Shown: positions 14,949 through 28,002, numbered from the stretch's first letter. The stretch: 32,000 bases of DNA from Candidatus Thorarchaeota archaeon (GCA_003345555.1 PRDJ01000063.1:11519-43518); one strand, 5' to 3'. Translations and numbers: made by a program. The notes: generated from the letters alone by a model not told the origin.

Positions 14949-17119
14949 GATCGAGTGTGCGGAATGCGTGTCTCCACAGCAGTGCTGATTGAGTGAAGAG
15001 CATCCTCTGGAGTAACTCTGTTTCCATTCCGAAACACATTGGGATAGTACATGGAGTAGCACTGCAGGCATTTTCCAAGTGTCATTACTTGAACTTCAAG
15101 CGGAGTCGGTTTCTCTCCTCTTGTCTTGAGCACGGCCACCACCTCTTTCGATGCCTTGTCGATAGACCTTCTCACCGAGGCCCAGGATCTGGAGCGCCCT
15201 TGCAGCTCTCTCCTCCGACATACAAGAACAACATCATACTTGATGCTGTTGGTTAGGCGTAAGTGAGTTGAGGACTCCATCTCGCTTCTAACCGGGTAGG
15301 CCGCACTTATGGCAAAACCAGAATACAGCACTGCTTGAAGCACAGAGACCCACTCATTTAGGCTTCTATGATGAAATGTAAACACAAGGATACCGTCCGG
15401 TTTCAGTACTCGGTTCGCTTCGGCAAAGATACCCGTGAGTCCCCGAAGGAACTCTTTCTCTCCTTTTTGCTGGACACTGTTAGAGATTACCTCCTCCTCC
15501 CATGGAACTGTTTCACTGTCGAACCACGAGTACTTGGTTCTTAGGCCCAATCGTAACCAGACATAGAAGAAATTCGATAGCTCCGAATACATCACGTTCC
15601 CTGCATATGGGGGGTCGGTGACGACAGCATCGATGACTGCATCCGGAATATCAATATGGTCCGAGGAACCGCAGATCAACATTGCCTGTTTTGTTTTGCG
15701 AAAATCCTTGTAATGCAACGCTAATTGGCCACTAATCGGCGTGGTGAAGTGTACTGCTCTTATCTCAGTACCTTCAACTACTCTCTCAAACGGTGCTATA
15801 CAGTAGTCTTTTGCCTCCATCACGAGTCTGACAAAGGCCGTGAAAGGTCCTCGCCCTTTTGCAGTATCATAGCAATTACCCTCCACTGGCGTCATTGAAG
15901 GCGAGTATGAGTGAGTTCTGAAGATGTCAGTTATGAAGCCCCTTGTTCCGTTGTACTTACATAGCATGTTATTATACTTCAGGCAATTCGAGAAAGCAAG
16001 GACAAGAAACTCCTTCAGATTCCAGTCTTCGATACTCAATATCCATCTGTATATCTTCCCGAGGTTCAGTAGCTGTCTAGCATTGAATAAGTCCCTGAAT
16101 TTCACGTATCCGTGGTTCAGGACGCGTCTAGTCTCCACCCCTTGCGGAATCGCTACGTCTGGGATGGGTAGATACTGTACTTCACTTTCGTACTCGCTTT
16201 CTGCTTTCTTCAGAAGCTCGTAGTCAGCACTATCGGGCGCCTTGTAGCCTCTGCCGTGCATCAATCTGGGGTTATTGTTTTGATCACATGCATGACAGTA
16301 GAATTCGATGGCATACATTCGCTCTCTAGGTCGGCCCTGCTGTCTTATCGCGCGCGTAATCTGTGCAGGTTTGCATGTTGGTCTAAGGCAGAAGAACTGT
16401 TGTCCTGAAGTAAACGATGTTGCTTTTGCGCAGAATTCAGCCCCACATTTCGGGCAAGTGCTCGGTTGTGCTGCATTGAGGGTTTCGAAAATGCCCCAGC
16501 AGTTTGGGCAGACCACTACATCCCCTCTTCCTGTAGGGGCTTTGGCCAAGAAGAAGTCCCGCATCAGCGGAACCGTGGTGCCGCATTCAGGACACTTCAG
16601 CTCCTTACGATGAAAGTAGTAAATCGCTTCTGCACTGCCACTACACTCAGGACACACGGTTTTGTAGTACCTGCGGAGTTCGACTCCAAGCTCGCTCTCA
16701 AGCTTCGAGAGACAGTCTCTGAGAGAAGCCGAGTCAATATGCTCAATCTCTTTTTTCACCACAAACCAAGAGACCGGATTCAGGTCTCCTCCAATGACCT
16801 TGCACCCAAGCCTGAGTGCCTCAACGATTGTGGTACCCCCGCCCATCATCGGGTCGAGGACGACCTTTCCGTTCAGCTGAGTGTCACGGGAATAGAAGGC
16901 CCATAGGTTGTTGGGGTCCTGATCCCATTGTGCCAATCCTCGGTCAGCCAGAGAATATAGAAGTATGGCACGAAAGACAGAACCAAGTCTTCGTGCCCAC
17001 CATTTGTGCATCAGATACACAGGACGATAATGCCGTCTTCCAAAGCCGGTCGACTCCTTCTCCGCAATCTTGTTGATTTCAGCAATTGGAAAGAAGTCTT
17101 CAATCGGTCTGGACGACAC
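14927..17119 (-). CDS. Adenine-specific DNA methyltransferase with Zn-ribbons (DUF1156/COG1743-like)
   Basis: N-terminal LMHKWWARR, motif I DPMMGGGT, motif IV TDPPY, VFTFHH, and multiple CxxC pairs (CPEC x2, CPNC, CPKC, CHAC). Confidence 0.92.
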   Translation of the reverse strand: MSSRPIEDFFPIAEINKIAEKESTGFGRRHYRPVYLMHKWWARRLGSVFRAILLYSLADRGLAQWDQDPNNLWAFYSRDTQLNGKVVLDPMMGGGTTIVEALRLGCKVIGGDLNPVSWFVVKKEIEHIDSASLRDCLSKLESELGVELRRYYKTVCPECSGSAEAIYYFHRKELKCPECGTTVPLMRDFFLAKAPTGRGDVVVCPNCWGIFETLNAAQPSTCPKCGAEFCAKATSFTSGQQFFCLRPTCKPAQITRAIRQQGRPRERMYAIEFYCHACDQNNNPRLMHGRGYKAPDSADYELLKKAESEYESEVQYLPIPDVAIPQGVETRRVLNHGYVKFRDLFNARQLLNLGKIYRWILSIEDWNLKEFLVLAFSNCLKYNNMLCKYNGTRGFITDIFRTHSYSPSMTPVEGNCYDTAKGRGPFTAFVRLVMEAKDYCIAPFERVVEGTEIRAVHFTTPISGQLALHYKDFRKTKQAMLICGSSDHIDIPDAVIDAVVTDPPYAGNVMYSELSNFFYVWLRLGLRTKYSWFDSETVPWEEEVISNSVQQKGEKEFLRGLTGIFAEANRVLKPDGILVFTFHHRSLNEWVSVLQAVLYSGFAISAAYPVRSEMESSTHLRLTNSIKYDVVLVCRRRELQGRSRSWASVRRSIDKASKEVVAVLKTRGEKPTPLEVQVMTLGKCLQCYSMYYPNVFRNGNRVTPEDALHSISTAVETRIPHTRSQRNRET

Positions 17120-17267
17120 GGAAGAGCCCCCTTGTTCTCTGTCTTCTCAGTTGATGGAACCACCTTTCAAAGATTCCGAAGAATCGGTCTGAGCCAGCAG
17201 GACTTGATAAGAAACCGTGGTCAACTGAGTAATGTTTTTATCCAAAGCTAGAGGCCTTCTGTGCTCA

Positions 17268-17374
17268 CGGGGTGTAGCTCAATCTGGCAGAGCTACGGAC
17301 TGTAGATCCGTTGGTTGCTGGTTCTCCTGTACCGATTGCCGGTTCGGGGCCAAAAAATCCGGCCACCCCGACCA
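17268..17374 (+). tRNA. tRNA-Tyr(GUA) with 30-nt T-loop intron at 56/57 (17325..17354), CCA encoded
   Basis: C1:G72 acceptor CGGGGTG/CACCCCG, ACGGA/TCCGT stem, intact CT-GTA-GA loop. T stem GCTGG/CCGGC encloses 37 nt, and excision restores TTCAAAT. TATA-like TTTTTAT lies at about 17235..17241. Confidence 0.93.
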
Positions 17375-17471
17375 TGTTTTCCCTCTATCAGACCTGTTTC
17401 TGGAGTATTATAGTGCTATTACAGATGTTTTAGTGTTCTCTCTCTTGTTCTAGATCAGAGGATTAATCAAA

Positions 17472-17759
17472 ATGGACGAAATCGAGTCAAGGATTAGATC
17501 CGGCCTAAGAGGCCTCGGCATTCCCGTCCACTCGGTCTACATATTGCCTGGCTCGGAAAAGGAGCGAGTTCTGATTGCTTTCAAATCCGAAGATAACCTC
17601 AAACTCACAACAGCAAAGGTTCAGACAGCATTGAACTCCTTGGGGGTGGGCGAGTTTTCGGTACCAACCAACTTTGAGCGCTTGAGTGCGAGCTTTCTTC
17701 ACCTAGAGGTTGTGCTTGGCGCTCGAATGGAAGGTCGAGTCGGGCAAGATGCTGAATAG
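17472..17759 (+). CDS. Small hypothetical protein (95 aa)
   Basis: ATG start, globular alpha/beta pattern, co-oriented 25 nt upstream of the SDR gene. Confidence 0.7.
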   Translation: MDEIESRIRSGLRGLGIPVHSVYILPGSEKERVLIAFKSEDNLKLTTAKVQTALNSLGVGEFSVPTNFERLSASFLHLEVVLGARMEGRVGQDAE

Positions 17760-17784
17760 CTGTTCCAGCTGGTGATCGCAGAAT

Positions 17785-18546
17785 ATGGATTTGAAGCTAA
17801 AGAACCGAAGATTCCTTGTCACAGCTGCCTCTCGTGGTCTCGGCTTCAGCGTTGCAAAGGCGCTCGTGCAGGAGGGAGCAGGTGTCACCATCTGCGGACG
17901 CACTGAAGACTCACTGAAGAAGGCGGTTTCAGCGCTAGGCGAGCGAGTGCGATACGTCGTCTCAGATGTTTCGACTGAGAAGGACGTGAAAAGACTGATA
18001 GGAGACGTACAATCCGTAAGCCCTAGACTGGACGGGCTGTTTGTCAATGCCGGTGGTCCTTCCCCTGGAACATTCTCAGCTTTGTCTGACCACGATTGGT
18101 ATTCATCTTTTGACCTGACGGTGATGAGTGCTGTGCATCTTACTCGATATGCATTGCCTCTTCTGCGTAAGTCCGATGGCCCATCTATCCTATACAGCAC
18201 TTCTATCTCAGTCAAGCAGCCTCTTGAGAATCTTCTTCTATCTAACGCATTGCGACCGGCAGTAGTCGGCATGATGCGCACTCTAGCCGATGAACTCGGC
18301 CCGGAAGGCTTTCGATTGAATGCAGTCTGTCCGGGTTACATCCACACCAAGCGTGTCGAAGAGATCATGTCAAAATCGAAGGACACTGAATCTGAGGAGA
18401 GCATCAAAGCAAGAATCCCTCTGCGTAGAATGGGTCAGCCCGACGAGTATGGTGCAGTCTGCGCATTCCTTCTAAGCCCGGCTGCCAGCTACATTCACGG
18501 GGCCCTGTTGCTGGTTGATGGCGGACTATACAGGGGCATGATGTGA
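17785..18546 (+). CDS. SDR family oxidoreductase
   Basis: Rossmann VTAASRGLG, FVNAGGP, NAVCPGYI.T and LLVDGG; the active-site segment LSNALR marks an atypical BKR-like subgroup. Confidence 0.93.
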   Translation: MDLKLKNRRFLVTAASRGLGFSVAKALVQEGAGVTICGRTEDSLKKAVSALGERVRYVVSDVSTEKDVKRLIGDVQSVSPRLDGLFVNAGGPSPGTFSALSDHDWYSSFDLTVMSAVHLTRYALPLLRKSDGPSILYSTSISVKQPLENLLLSNALRPAVVGMMRTLADELGPEGFRLNAVCPGYIHTKRVEEIMSKSKDTESEESIKARIPLRRMGQPDEYGAVCAFLLSPAASYIHGALLLVDGGLYRGMM

Positions 18547-18569
18547 ATCATTCGCAGACTCCCAGTTCC

Positions 18570-19571
18570 TCAATAGATTCTGAATGCATCAGCATGCGGC
18601 TGTTTAAAGCCACTCTTGCTCGGGTCATGCATTTGTACGACATGGTAGGACGCCATCTGTAATGCAATCGTATTCGGAATTGCCTGTGCAAGAGGTGTGA
18701 CAAGGTCCAGTGCGTCAGTATGTAGGAGGTAGGTTCTCATGTTCAACTTTCCCGCAACAATCTTCGAGAAGCTTTCGTCTTTGGGTGAGACGGGGTCATC
18801 CAAGACAAGAACCGCCCGTTCATCCTTGCCAATTGATAGGTTGTAGTGATGTTGGAACTCCTCCCTCACTGCGGCGACACCCTTTGCTATCGAGAATTCA
18901 TTAAGTTTCATCATACCGATTTGGGCAGCCACGTAGTTTGGCCCATCAGAAATCAGGTACAGAAGATCACCTCGCTTGACCAGCTTGGAGATGGCAATGC
19001 CCTGTCCCTCGGACCATTGTATGATTTCTTTTCCTCTGGACTCCAGAATCTGACAATCATGCCGAAGCCCGCCTTGGACGGGACTCGGAAGCTGAGAGGC
19101 GAGTGCAAGAAGATAGGCCATTGCTGCAGTGGTAGGGGCTGACGGGCTGATGTTGTAAGAATCCACACCTGATCTAGTCTGCCATACTGACTCTGCAGTT
19201 TGAGCAGCTCTGCCATCAGGATTGTCCGTCAGGGCAACAGTGGTTGCGCCTAATGACTTGGCGAACTCGAGCGCCTCAGTTGTCACAAGACTACGACCTG
19301 AGGCACTCACTCCTATGACTGCACAATTCGACCCAATGGTGATTCTCTGTAGCTCGGGCGGAGAGACCGAGATCGCGTTGAATCCAAGCATCAGGAGTGC
19401 CCACTTTCCGTACTCAGCGACAGCGTACGAATCGCCGCATCCGATTAGCAGGACCAATCGCTTATCAGACAAAGGGCGAAGGTCATCGGCTTTCGCAGCC
19501 GTCATGGTGTCTGCTATTGACGTGGCCTGTTTTACAATCGCACGGTAGCAAGCATCTAGGAATTGAGTCAC
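18570..19571 (-). CDS. SIS-domain sugar-phosphate isomerase/deaminase-like protein (two SIS domains)
   Basis: LIGCGDSY, GVSASGRS, ALTDNPDG, KLNE and EEFQHH motifs. Confidence 0.85.
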   Translation of the reverse strand: MTQFLDACYRAIVKQATSIADTMTAAKADDLRPLSDKRLVLLIGCGDSYAVAEYGKWALLMLGFNAISVSPPELQRITIGSNCAVIGVSASGRSLVTTEALEFAKSLGATTVALTDNPDGRAAQTAESVWQTRSGVDSYNISPSAPTTAAMAYLLALASQLPSPVQGGLRHDCQILESRGKEIIQWSEGQGIAISKLVKRGDLLYLISDGPNYVAAQIGMMKLNEFSIAKGVAAVREEFQHHYNLSIGKDERAVLVLDDPVSPKDESFSKIVAGKLNMRTYLLHTDALDLVTPLAQAIPNTIALQMASYHVVQMHDPSKSGFKQPHADAFRIY

Positions 19572-19630
19572 AGAATATCACACCGGGATGACGTACTTGC
19601 ATTCACTTTCTGCTCACGGCCCAGAAGAAG

Positions 19631-19708
19631 TGGCGCCCCCGCCGGGATTTGAACCCGGGTTAGACGAGTGACAGTCGCCTATGCTAGACCGGACTACACT
19701 ACAGGGGC
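19631..19708 (-). tRNA. tRNA-Asp(GUC), no intron, CCA encoded
   Basis: GCCCCTG/CGGGGGC acceptor, GGCGA/TCGTC stem, CT-GTC-AC loop, CCGGG-TTCAAAT-CCCGG T arm. Confidence 0.97.
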
Positions 19709-20052
19709 GTTCGAACAAACGGCCAATAGTCCTCGCGCGAAACGACTCCTCGGACGGTTTTCTATTAAAGTTGTCGGACTATTATCACGCAATTCCTCCG
19801 GCTATGGTGCCAACTCAATCGAAGTAGCCGAGATTCACGGAGTACCTCTTGACTAACAAACAATTATCATAGTGCAGCATCACAAACATGTGTTTCATCA
19901 AAACGCTTTTATGGCCTCAGAAGTCCGGTTCGCAGGCTCAGTCAGAGCTGCTTCCCACTAATGCATGACCGTGTGTGTTGCCCGGTGCGTATCATGTTCG
20001 GCACGAAGACTTCATGCAGAGTATGTACCATCGGACGCACAGACATCAACAT

Positions 20053-20158
20053 GGGCTAGTGGCGCAGCCAGGTAGCGCGGCAGGCTTTTAACCTGAAGCT
20101 CGCGGGTTCGAACGGCGTAGACGATTCGTGACGCTTGAAAATCCCGCCTAGCCCGCCA
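20053..20158 (+). tRNA. tRNA-Lys(UUU) with 29-nt T-loop intron at 59/60 (20113..20141), CCA encoded
   Basis: GGGCTAG/CTAGCCC acceptor, CT-TTT-AA loop. T stem GCGGG/CCCGC encloses 36 nt and forms a full hBHBh' motif; excision restores TTCGAAT. Confidence 0.95.
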
Positions 20159-20315
20159 CGGGCATAACGAAAGTGGCAGCAGACAAGCGCTGGGTCAAGA
20201 AAAAACACGGGGCGACTACCGCGACAGCGAACTCAGTTTTTCTGGGTTCATGCATTGGGAAGCGCATGTGCTGACAGTGGTTGCCCCGAATCCTCCATCA
20301 AGGTGTGGTAATAAC

Positions 20316-23300
20316 TTGGCCGCGGAAGAAAAAGACAAATACTGGCCGGTGATAGAGGCCTTCTTCTCTGAGTTTGGATTGGTAGGTCAACATCTCGACT
20401 CGTTCAACAGATTCGTTCGCGAAGAGCTGCAGGAGATCGTTGAAAGCGTTGGCAGGCTCAGTCCTAAGGTCGAGGACTACTTTGTTGACCTTGGTGCTAT
20501 CACCGTGGAGCGCCCGTCTGTCCGAGAGGCGGACGGCAGTGAGCACCCCCTCTATCCAAATGAGGCAAGAATCAGGAACCTGACATATGCGAGCAAGATG
20601 CACCTAGAGTGCACGCCGGTTCGGAAAGAGGGTTCCGTAACCACACGCATGGAGACTCTGAGGATCTACATCGGCGATTTACCCATCATGCTACGTAGCG
20701 AAAGCTGCTTGTTGCATCAATCTAATTACGACGACTGGTTGAAGAAACAACGTGAGTCCGGCAAGGCCGTCGAGATGAGCTACGACGAATGGCTCATCCT
20801 CCATGGCGAAGACCCCAAGGATCCCGGCGGTTACTTCATCATTAACGGCTCCGAGCGCGTCTTGGTTACACAGGAGGATCTGGCCCCCAACCGAATACTC
20901 ATTGAGGAAGCCAGCAAGAGCTCAAGCTATACTCACATTGCCAAGGTCTTCTCCACCTCGCGTGGATTCAGAGCCCCGGTCACCATAGAGAGAAAGCGCA
21001 CAGGTGAGCTACGTGTTTCATTCCCTTCCGTACCGGGCAAGATACCTTTGGCAATACTCTTGAAGGCGCTAGGCCTAGAATCCGATAGAGAGATAGCTGA
21101 TGTGGTCTCGGATGACGAGGAGATTCGTAATGAACTCATAGTTACAATAGAACAGTCCGCCCCGATAAATGCGACACAAAACGAGGGCGAGACATCCACA
21201 CGCATTAACGCACTGGACTTCATCGGCAAACGAGTAGCTGTTGGGCAGACTAAGGAATATCGTCTGGCCAGAGCAGAGAAGGTGCTGGATAGATATCTGC
21301 TACCCCATATTGGCACTGAAGAGAAGCACAGACTTCAGAAAGCGTACTATCTCGGCCAGATGGTCGAGCGCTTGTTGGAGCTCGTATTGTACAAGCGTCA
21401 AGCAGATGATAAGGATCACTACGCAAACAAGAGGCTCAAGCTGTCTGGGGATCTTCTGATGTCGCTCTTTAGAGTAGCACTCTATTCTCTTACACGTGAT
21501 ATCAAGTATCAGCTTGAGCGCACGGCAGTACGGGGTCGAAAGCCCAACATCCGCACCGCTGTCAGGGCTGATGTCATAACTCAGAGACTAAAGCATGCCC
21601 TAGCAACGGGCAACTGGGTTGGCGGGAAGGCTGGAGTCTCACAGCTACTTGACCGTACCAACTACATATCTTCCTTATCCCATCTGCGGAGAGTAGTCTC
21701 ACCTCTCTCAAGGTCGCAGCCGCACTTCGAAGCAAGAGACCTTCACTGTACACACTGGGGCAAAATCTGTCCGAACGAGACTCCCGAAGGACCAAATTGT
21801 GGTCTGGTCAAGAACATAGCCATGATGGCATATATCTCCGTAGGCACTGACGAGGAGTCTGTTGAGCGGGCCTTGCTGAAGGCCGAAGTCGAACCGATTG
21901 AGCGCTTGAAGGGAAAGCGTGGTGCAAAGGGCGCAGATGTATTTCTTAACGGGAGACTAGTGGGTATACACGCCGCGCCCCAAGTGTTGGTCAAGACAAT
22001 CCGTCAGAAGCGTCGGGCGGGAGAAATCGATCACGAAGTGAACATCGCTTACTATGAAGACACACGCGAAGTTCAGGTGAATAGTGATGCAGGAAGAGTC
22101 CGGCGTCCACTGATTGTGGTTGAGAATGGTCGGAGCAGGTTAACCGATGAACATCTTCGCATGATCAAGGATGGTGAGTGGACTTTCGTCGACCTTCTGA
22201 GGAATGGCGTCGTCGAGTTCCTTGACGCGGAAGAAGAGGAGAATACTCTCATTGCTATGTATGTCAGCGAAGTTGGCACTCATACAACTCATCTTGAGAT
22301 AGCACCATCGACGATACTGGGTATCTCTGCTGCATTGATACCGTTTCCGGAGCGAAACCAGTCACCACGTAATGTCTACATGGCCGGGATGGCGAAGCAA
22401 TCAGTTGGGGTGCCCTCGTCGAATTTTAAGTTCAGGGCCGATACGCGCGGGCATTTCTTCCACTACCCACAAAAACCCCTCGTGAAGACACGTGCAATGG
22501 ACGCTATTGGATACGAGGCGCGCCCTGCAGGGCAGAACTTCGTTGTTGCCATTCTGTCCTTCGAAGGCTACAATATCGAAGACGCGTTAATCATGAACAA
22601 GGCGTCGATTGAGCGAGGACTTGGCCGAAGCACTTTCATGCGAGTGTATGAAAGCGAGGAACGAAAGTATCCTGGTGGGCAAGAGGACCGGTTCGAGGTA
22701 CCTGACAGAAGCGTACGTGGCTACAGAGCGTCAGAATCCTACCGCAACTTGGGTGAGGATGGTATAATAGAGACCGAGGTTGAGGTACAGGGCGGAGACG
22801 TACTCATCGGCCGCACTTCTCCTCCGCGATTCCTTGAGGAGTACTCCGAGTTCGAGATACAGTCACCGAACAGACGCGAGACTTCTGTGGCAGTTCGTCA
22901 TGGTGAGTCTGGCGTAGTAGATAGCGTGATACTGACTGAGACAATCGATGGCAACAGGCTTGTAAAAGTCAAGGTCCGGGACCTGAGAATCCCAGAGCTC
23001 GGTGATAAGTATGCCTCGCGCCATGGACAGAAGGGTGTTATTGGCTACGTTGCTCCTCAACAGGACCTGCCTTTCACTGAGGATGGCGTTGTTCCAGACT
23101 TGGTAATCAACCCGCACGCGATACCGAGCAGGATGACAATCGGTCAGATTCTTGAGATGATCGCTGGAAAGGCCGCATCAATGGTGGGCAAGCAGCAGGA
23201 TGCCACACCATTCTGTGGAGTTACGGAAGAAGAGCTTTTTGAGATTCTCAGGAGTCATGGTCTCAAACACAACGGCCGCGAAGTCATGTATTCGGGTATC

Positions 23301-23738
23301 ACTGGTGAGAAACTCAAGACTGACATATTCATAGGCTGTATCATGTATCAGAAGCTACATCACATGGTGGCTGACAAGATACACGCTCGTGCGCGTGGTC
23401 CAGTACAGATTCTGACTCGACAGCCAACGGAGGGTCGTGCGCGTGAGGGTGGTCTGAGATTCGGTGAAATGGAGCGGGATGTGCTCATAGGTCACGGAGC
23501 TGCGATGTTACTCAAGGGTAGACTACTTGATGAGTCTGACAAGAGCAACATGCTTGTTTGCGAGAATTGTGGGCTCATCGGTGTTTATGACCGTAACAAG
23601 GACATCTATTACTGTCCAATCTGCGGCACTAGTGCAAAGATAAGCAGTATCGTCGTGTCATACGCCTTCAAGCTCCTAATACAAGAAATGATGTCCTTGG
23701 GCTTGGCCTGTAGGCTGAGACTGAAGGAGATGATATGA
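20316..23738 (+). CDS. rpoB: DNA-directed RNA polymerase subunit B (unsplit Rpo2)
   Basis: HLDSFN, GGYFIINGSERV, CPNETPEGPNCGLVKN, GDKYASRHGQKG, GGLRFGEMERD and a C-terminal Zn ribbon. Probable TTG 20316 after AGGTG; the ORF is open from 20250. Confidence 0.98.
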   Translation: MAAEEKDKYWPVIEAFFSEFGLVGQHLDSFNRFVREELQEIVESVGRLSPKVEDYFVDLGAITVERPSVREADGSEHPLYPNEARIRNLTYASKMHLECTPVRKEGSVTTRMETLRIYIGDLPIMLRSESCLLHQSNYDDWLKKQRESGKAVEMSYDEWLILHGEDPKDPGGYFIINGSERVLVTQEDLAPNRILIEEASKSSSYTHIAKVFSTSRGFRAPVTIERKRTGELRVSFPSVPGKIPLAILLKALGLESDREIADVVSDDEEIRNELIVTIEQSAPINATQNEGETSTRINALDFIGKRVAVGQTKEYRLARAEKVLDRYLLPHIGTEEKHRLQKAYYLGQMVERLLELVLYKRQADDKDHYANKRLKLSGDLLMSLFRVALYSLTRDIKYQLERTAVRGRKPNIRTAVRADVITQRLKHALATGNWVGGKAGVSQLLDRTNYISSLSHLRRVVSPLSRSQPHFEARDLHCTHWGKICPNETPEGPNCGLVKNIAMMAYISVGTDEESVERALLKAEVEPIERLKGKRGAKGADVFLNGRLVGIHAAPQVLVKTIRQKRRAGEIDHEVNIAYYEDTREVQVNSDAGRVRRPLIVVENGRSRLTDEHLRMIKDGEWTFVDLLRNGVVEFLDAEEEENTLIAMYVSEVGTHTTHLEIAPSTILGISAALIPFPERNQSPRNVYMAGMAKQSVGVPSSNFKFRADTRGHFFHYPQKPLVKTRAMDAIGYEARPAGQNFVVAILSFEGYNIEDALIMNKASIERGLGRSTFMRVYESEERKYPGGQEDRFEVPDRSVRGYRASESYRNLGEDGIIETEVEVQGGDVLIGRTSPPRFLEEYSEFEIQSPNRRETSVAVRHGESGVVDSVILTETIDGNRLVKVKVRDLRIPELGDKYASRHGQKGVIGYVAPQQDLPFTEDGVVPDLVINPHAIPSRMTIGQILEMIAGKAASMVGKQQDATPFCGVTEEELFEILRSHGLKHNGREVMYSGITGEKLKTDIFIGCIMYQKLHHMVADKIHARARGPVQILTRQPTEGRAREGGLRFGEMERDVLIGHGAAMLLKGRLLDESDKSNMLVCENCGLIGVYDRNKDIYYCPICGTSAKISSIVVSYAFKLLIQEMMSLGLACRLRLKEMI

Positions 23739-23739
23739 A

Positions 23740-27602
<3,863 letters not shown>

Positions 27603-27708
27603 TCTAGCATAACACATGGCATAAGCATTAAAACCGATGGGCATATGCCGCAAGTAGTCTGGGAAGACGTAATCACAAACAACATGTCATTCAATGAGGT
27701 TGTCTAGT

Positions 27709-28002
27709 TTGAGCCTGAATCAGCCAATCGCAAGTGCAGTTAGTACGGGTGACTGCAGAATAGGCGGTAAGTCATCCATAAACGCCATTCGCACCGGGAT
27801 TGCGAAACTAGTTGTGGTCGCCGCTAACTGTCCGAAGGAAGACTACGAAGACATCGTGCATTTTGCCAAGTTGACCGGGACCAAGATTCACAAATTCGAA
27901 GGGTCGTCTTGGGATCTCGGTGAGATTGCTGGAAAGCCATTTATGGTGTCAGCCATTGCTGTGATAAAGCCAGGCGACTCCAACATCTTGAAATTGGTAT
28001 GA
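27709..28002 (+). CDS. rpl30e: 50S ribosomal protein L30e
   Basis: KLVVVAANCP, FEGSSWDLGEIAGKPF.VSAIAVI.PGDSNIL. Probable TTG 27709 after GAGGT; the ORF is open from ATG 27694. Confidence 0.95.
   Translation: MSLNQPIASAVSTGDCRIGGKSSINAIRTGIAKLVVVAANCPKEDYEDIVHFAKLTGTKIHKFEGSSWDLGEIAGKPFMVSAIAVIKPGDSNILKLV

Noticed and set aside
17146-17229. 9-bp inverted repeat CTCAGTTGA/TCAACTGAG between the methylase and tRNA-Tyr
   Set aside because: About a dozen such pairs are expected by chance in 32 kb at this spacing.
14927-17470. Integrated mobile element at tRNA-Tyr
   Set aside because: The methylase lies 5' of the tRNA, no duplicated tRNA 3' end (att) was seen, and there is no integrase or transposase.
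20250-20315. 22-aa N-terminal extension of RpoB in the ORF track
   Set aside because: Non-conserved-looking sequence; TTG 20316 with an upstream AGGTG is the better start.
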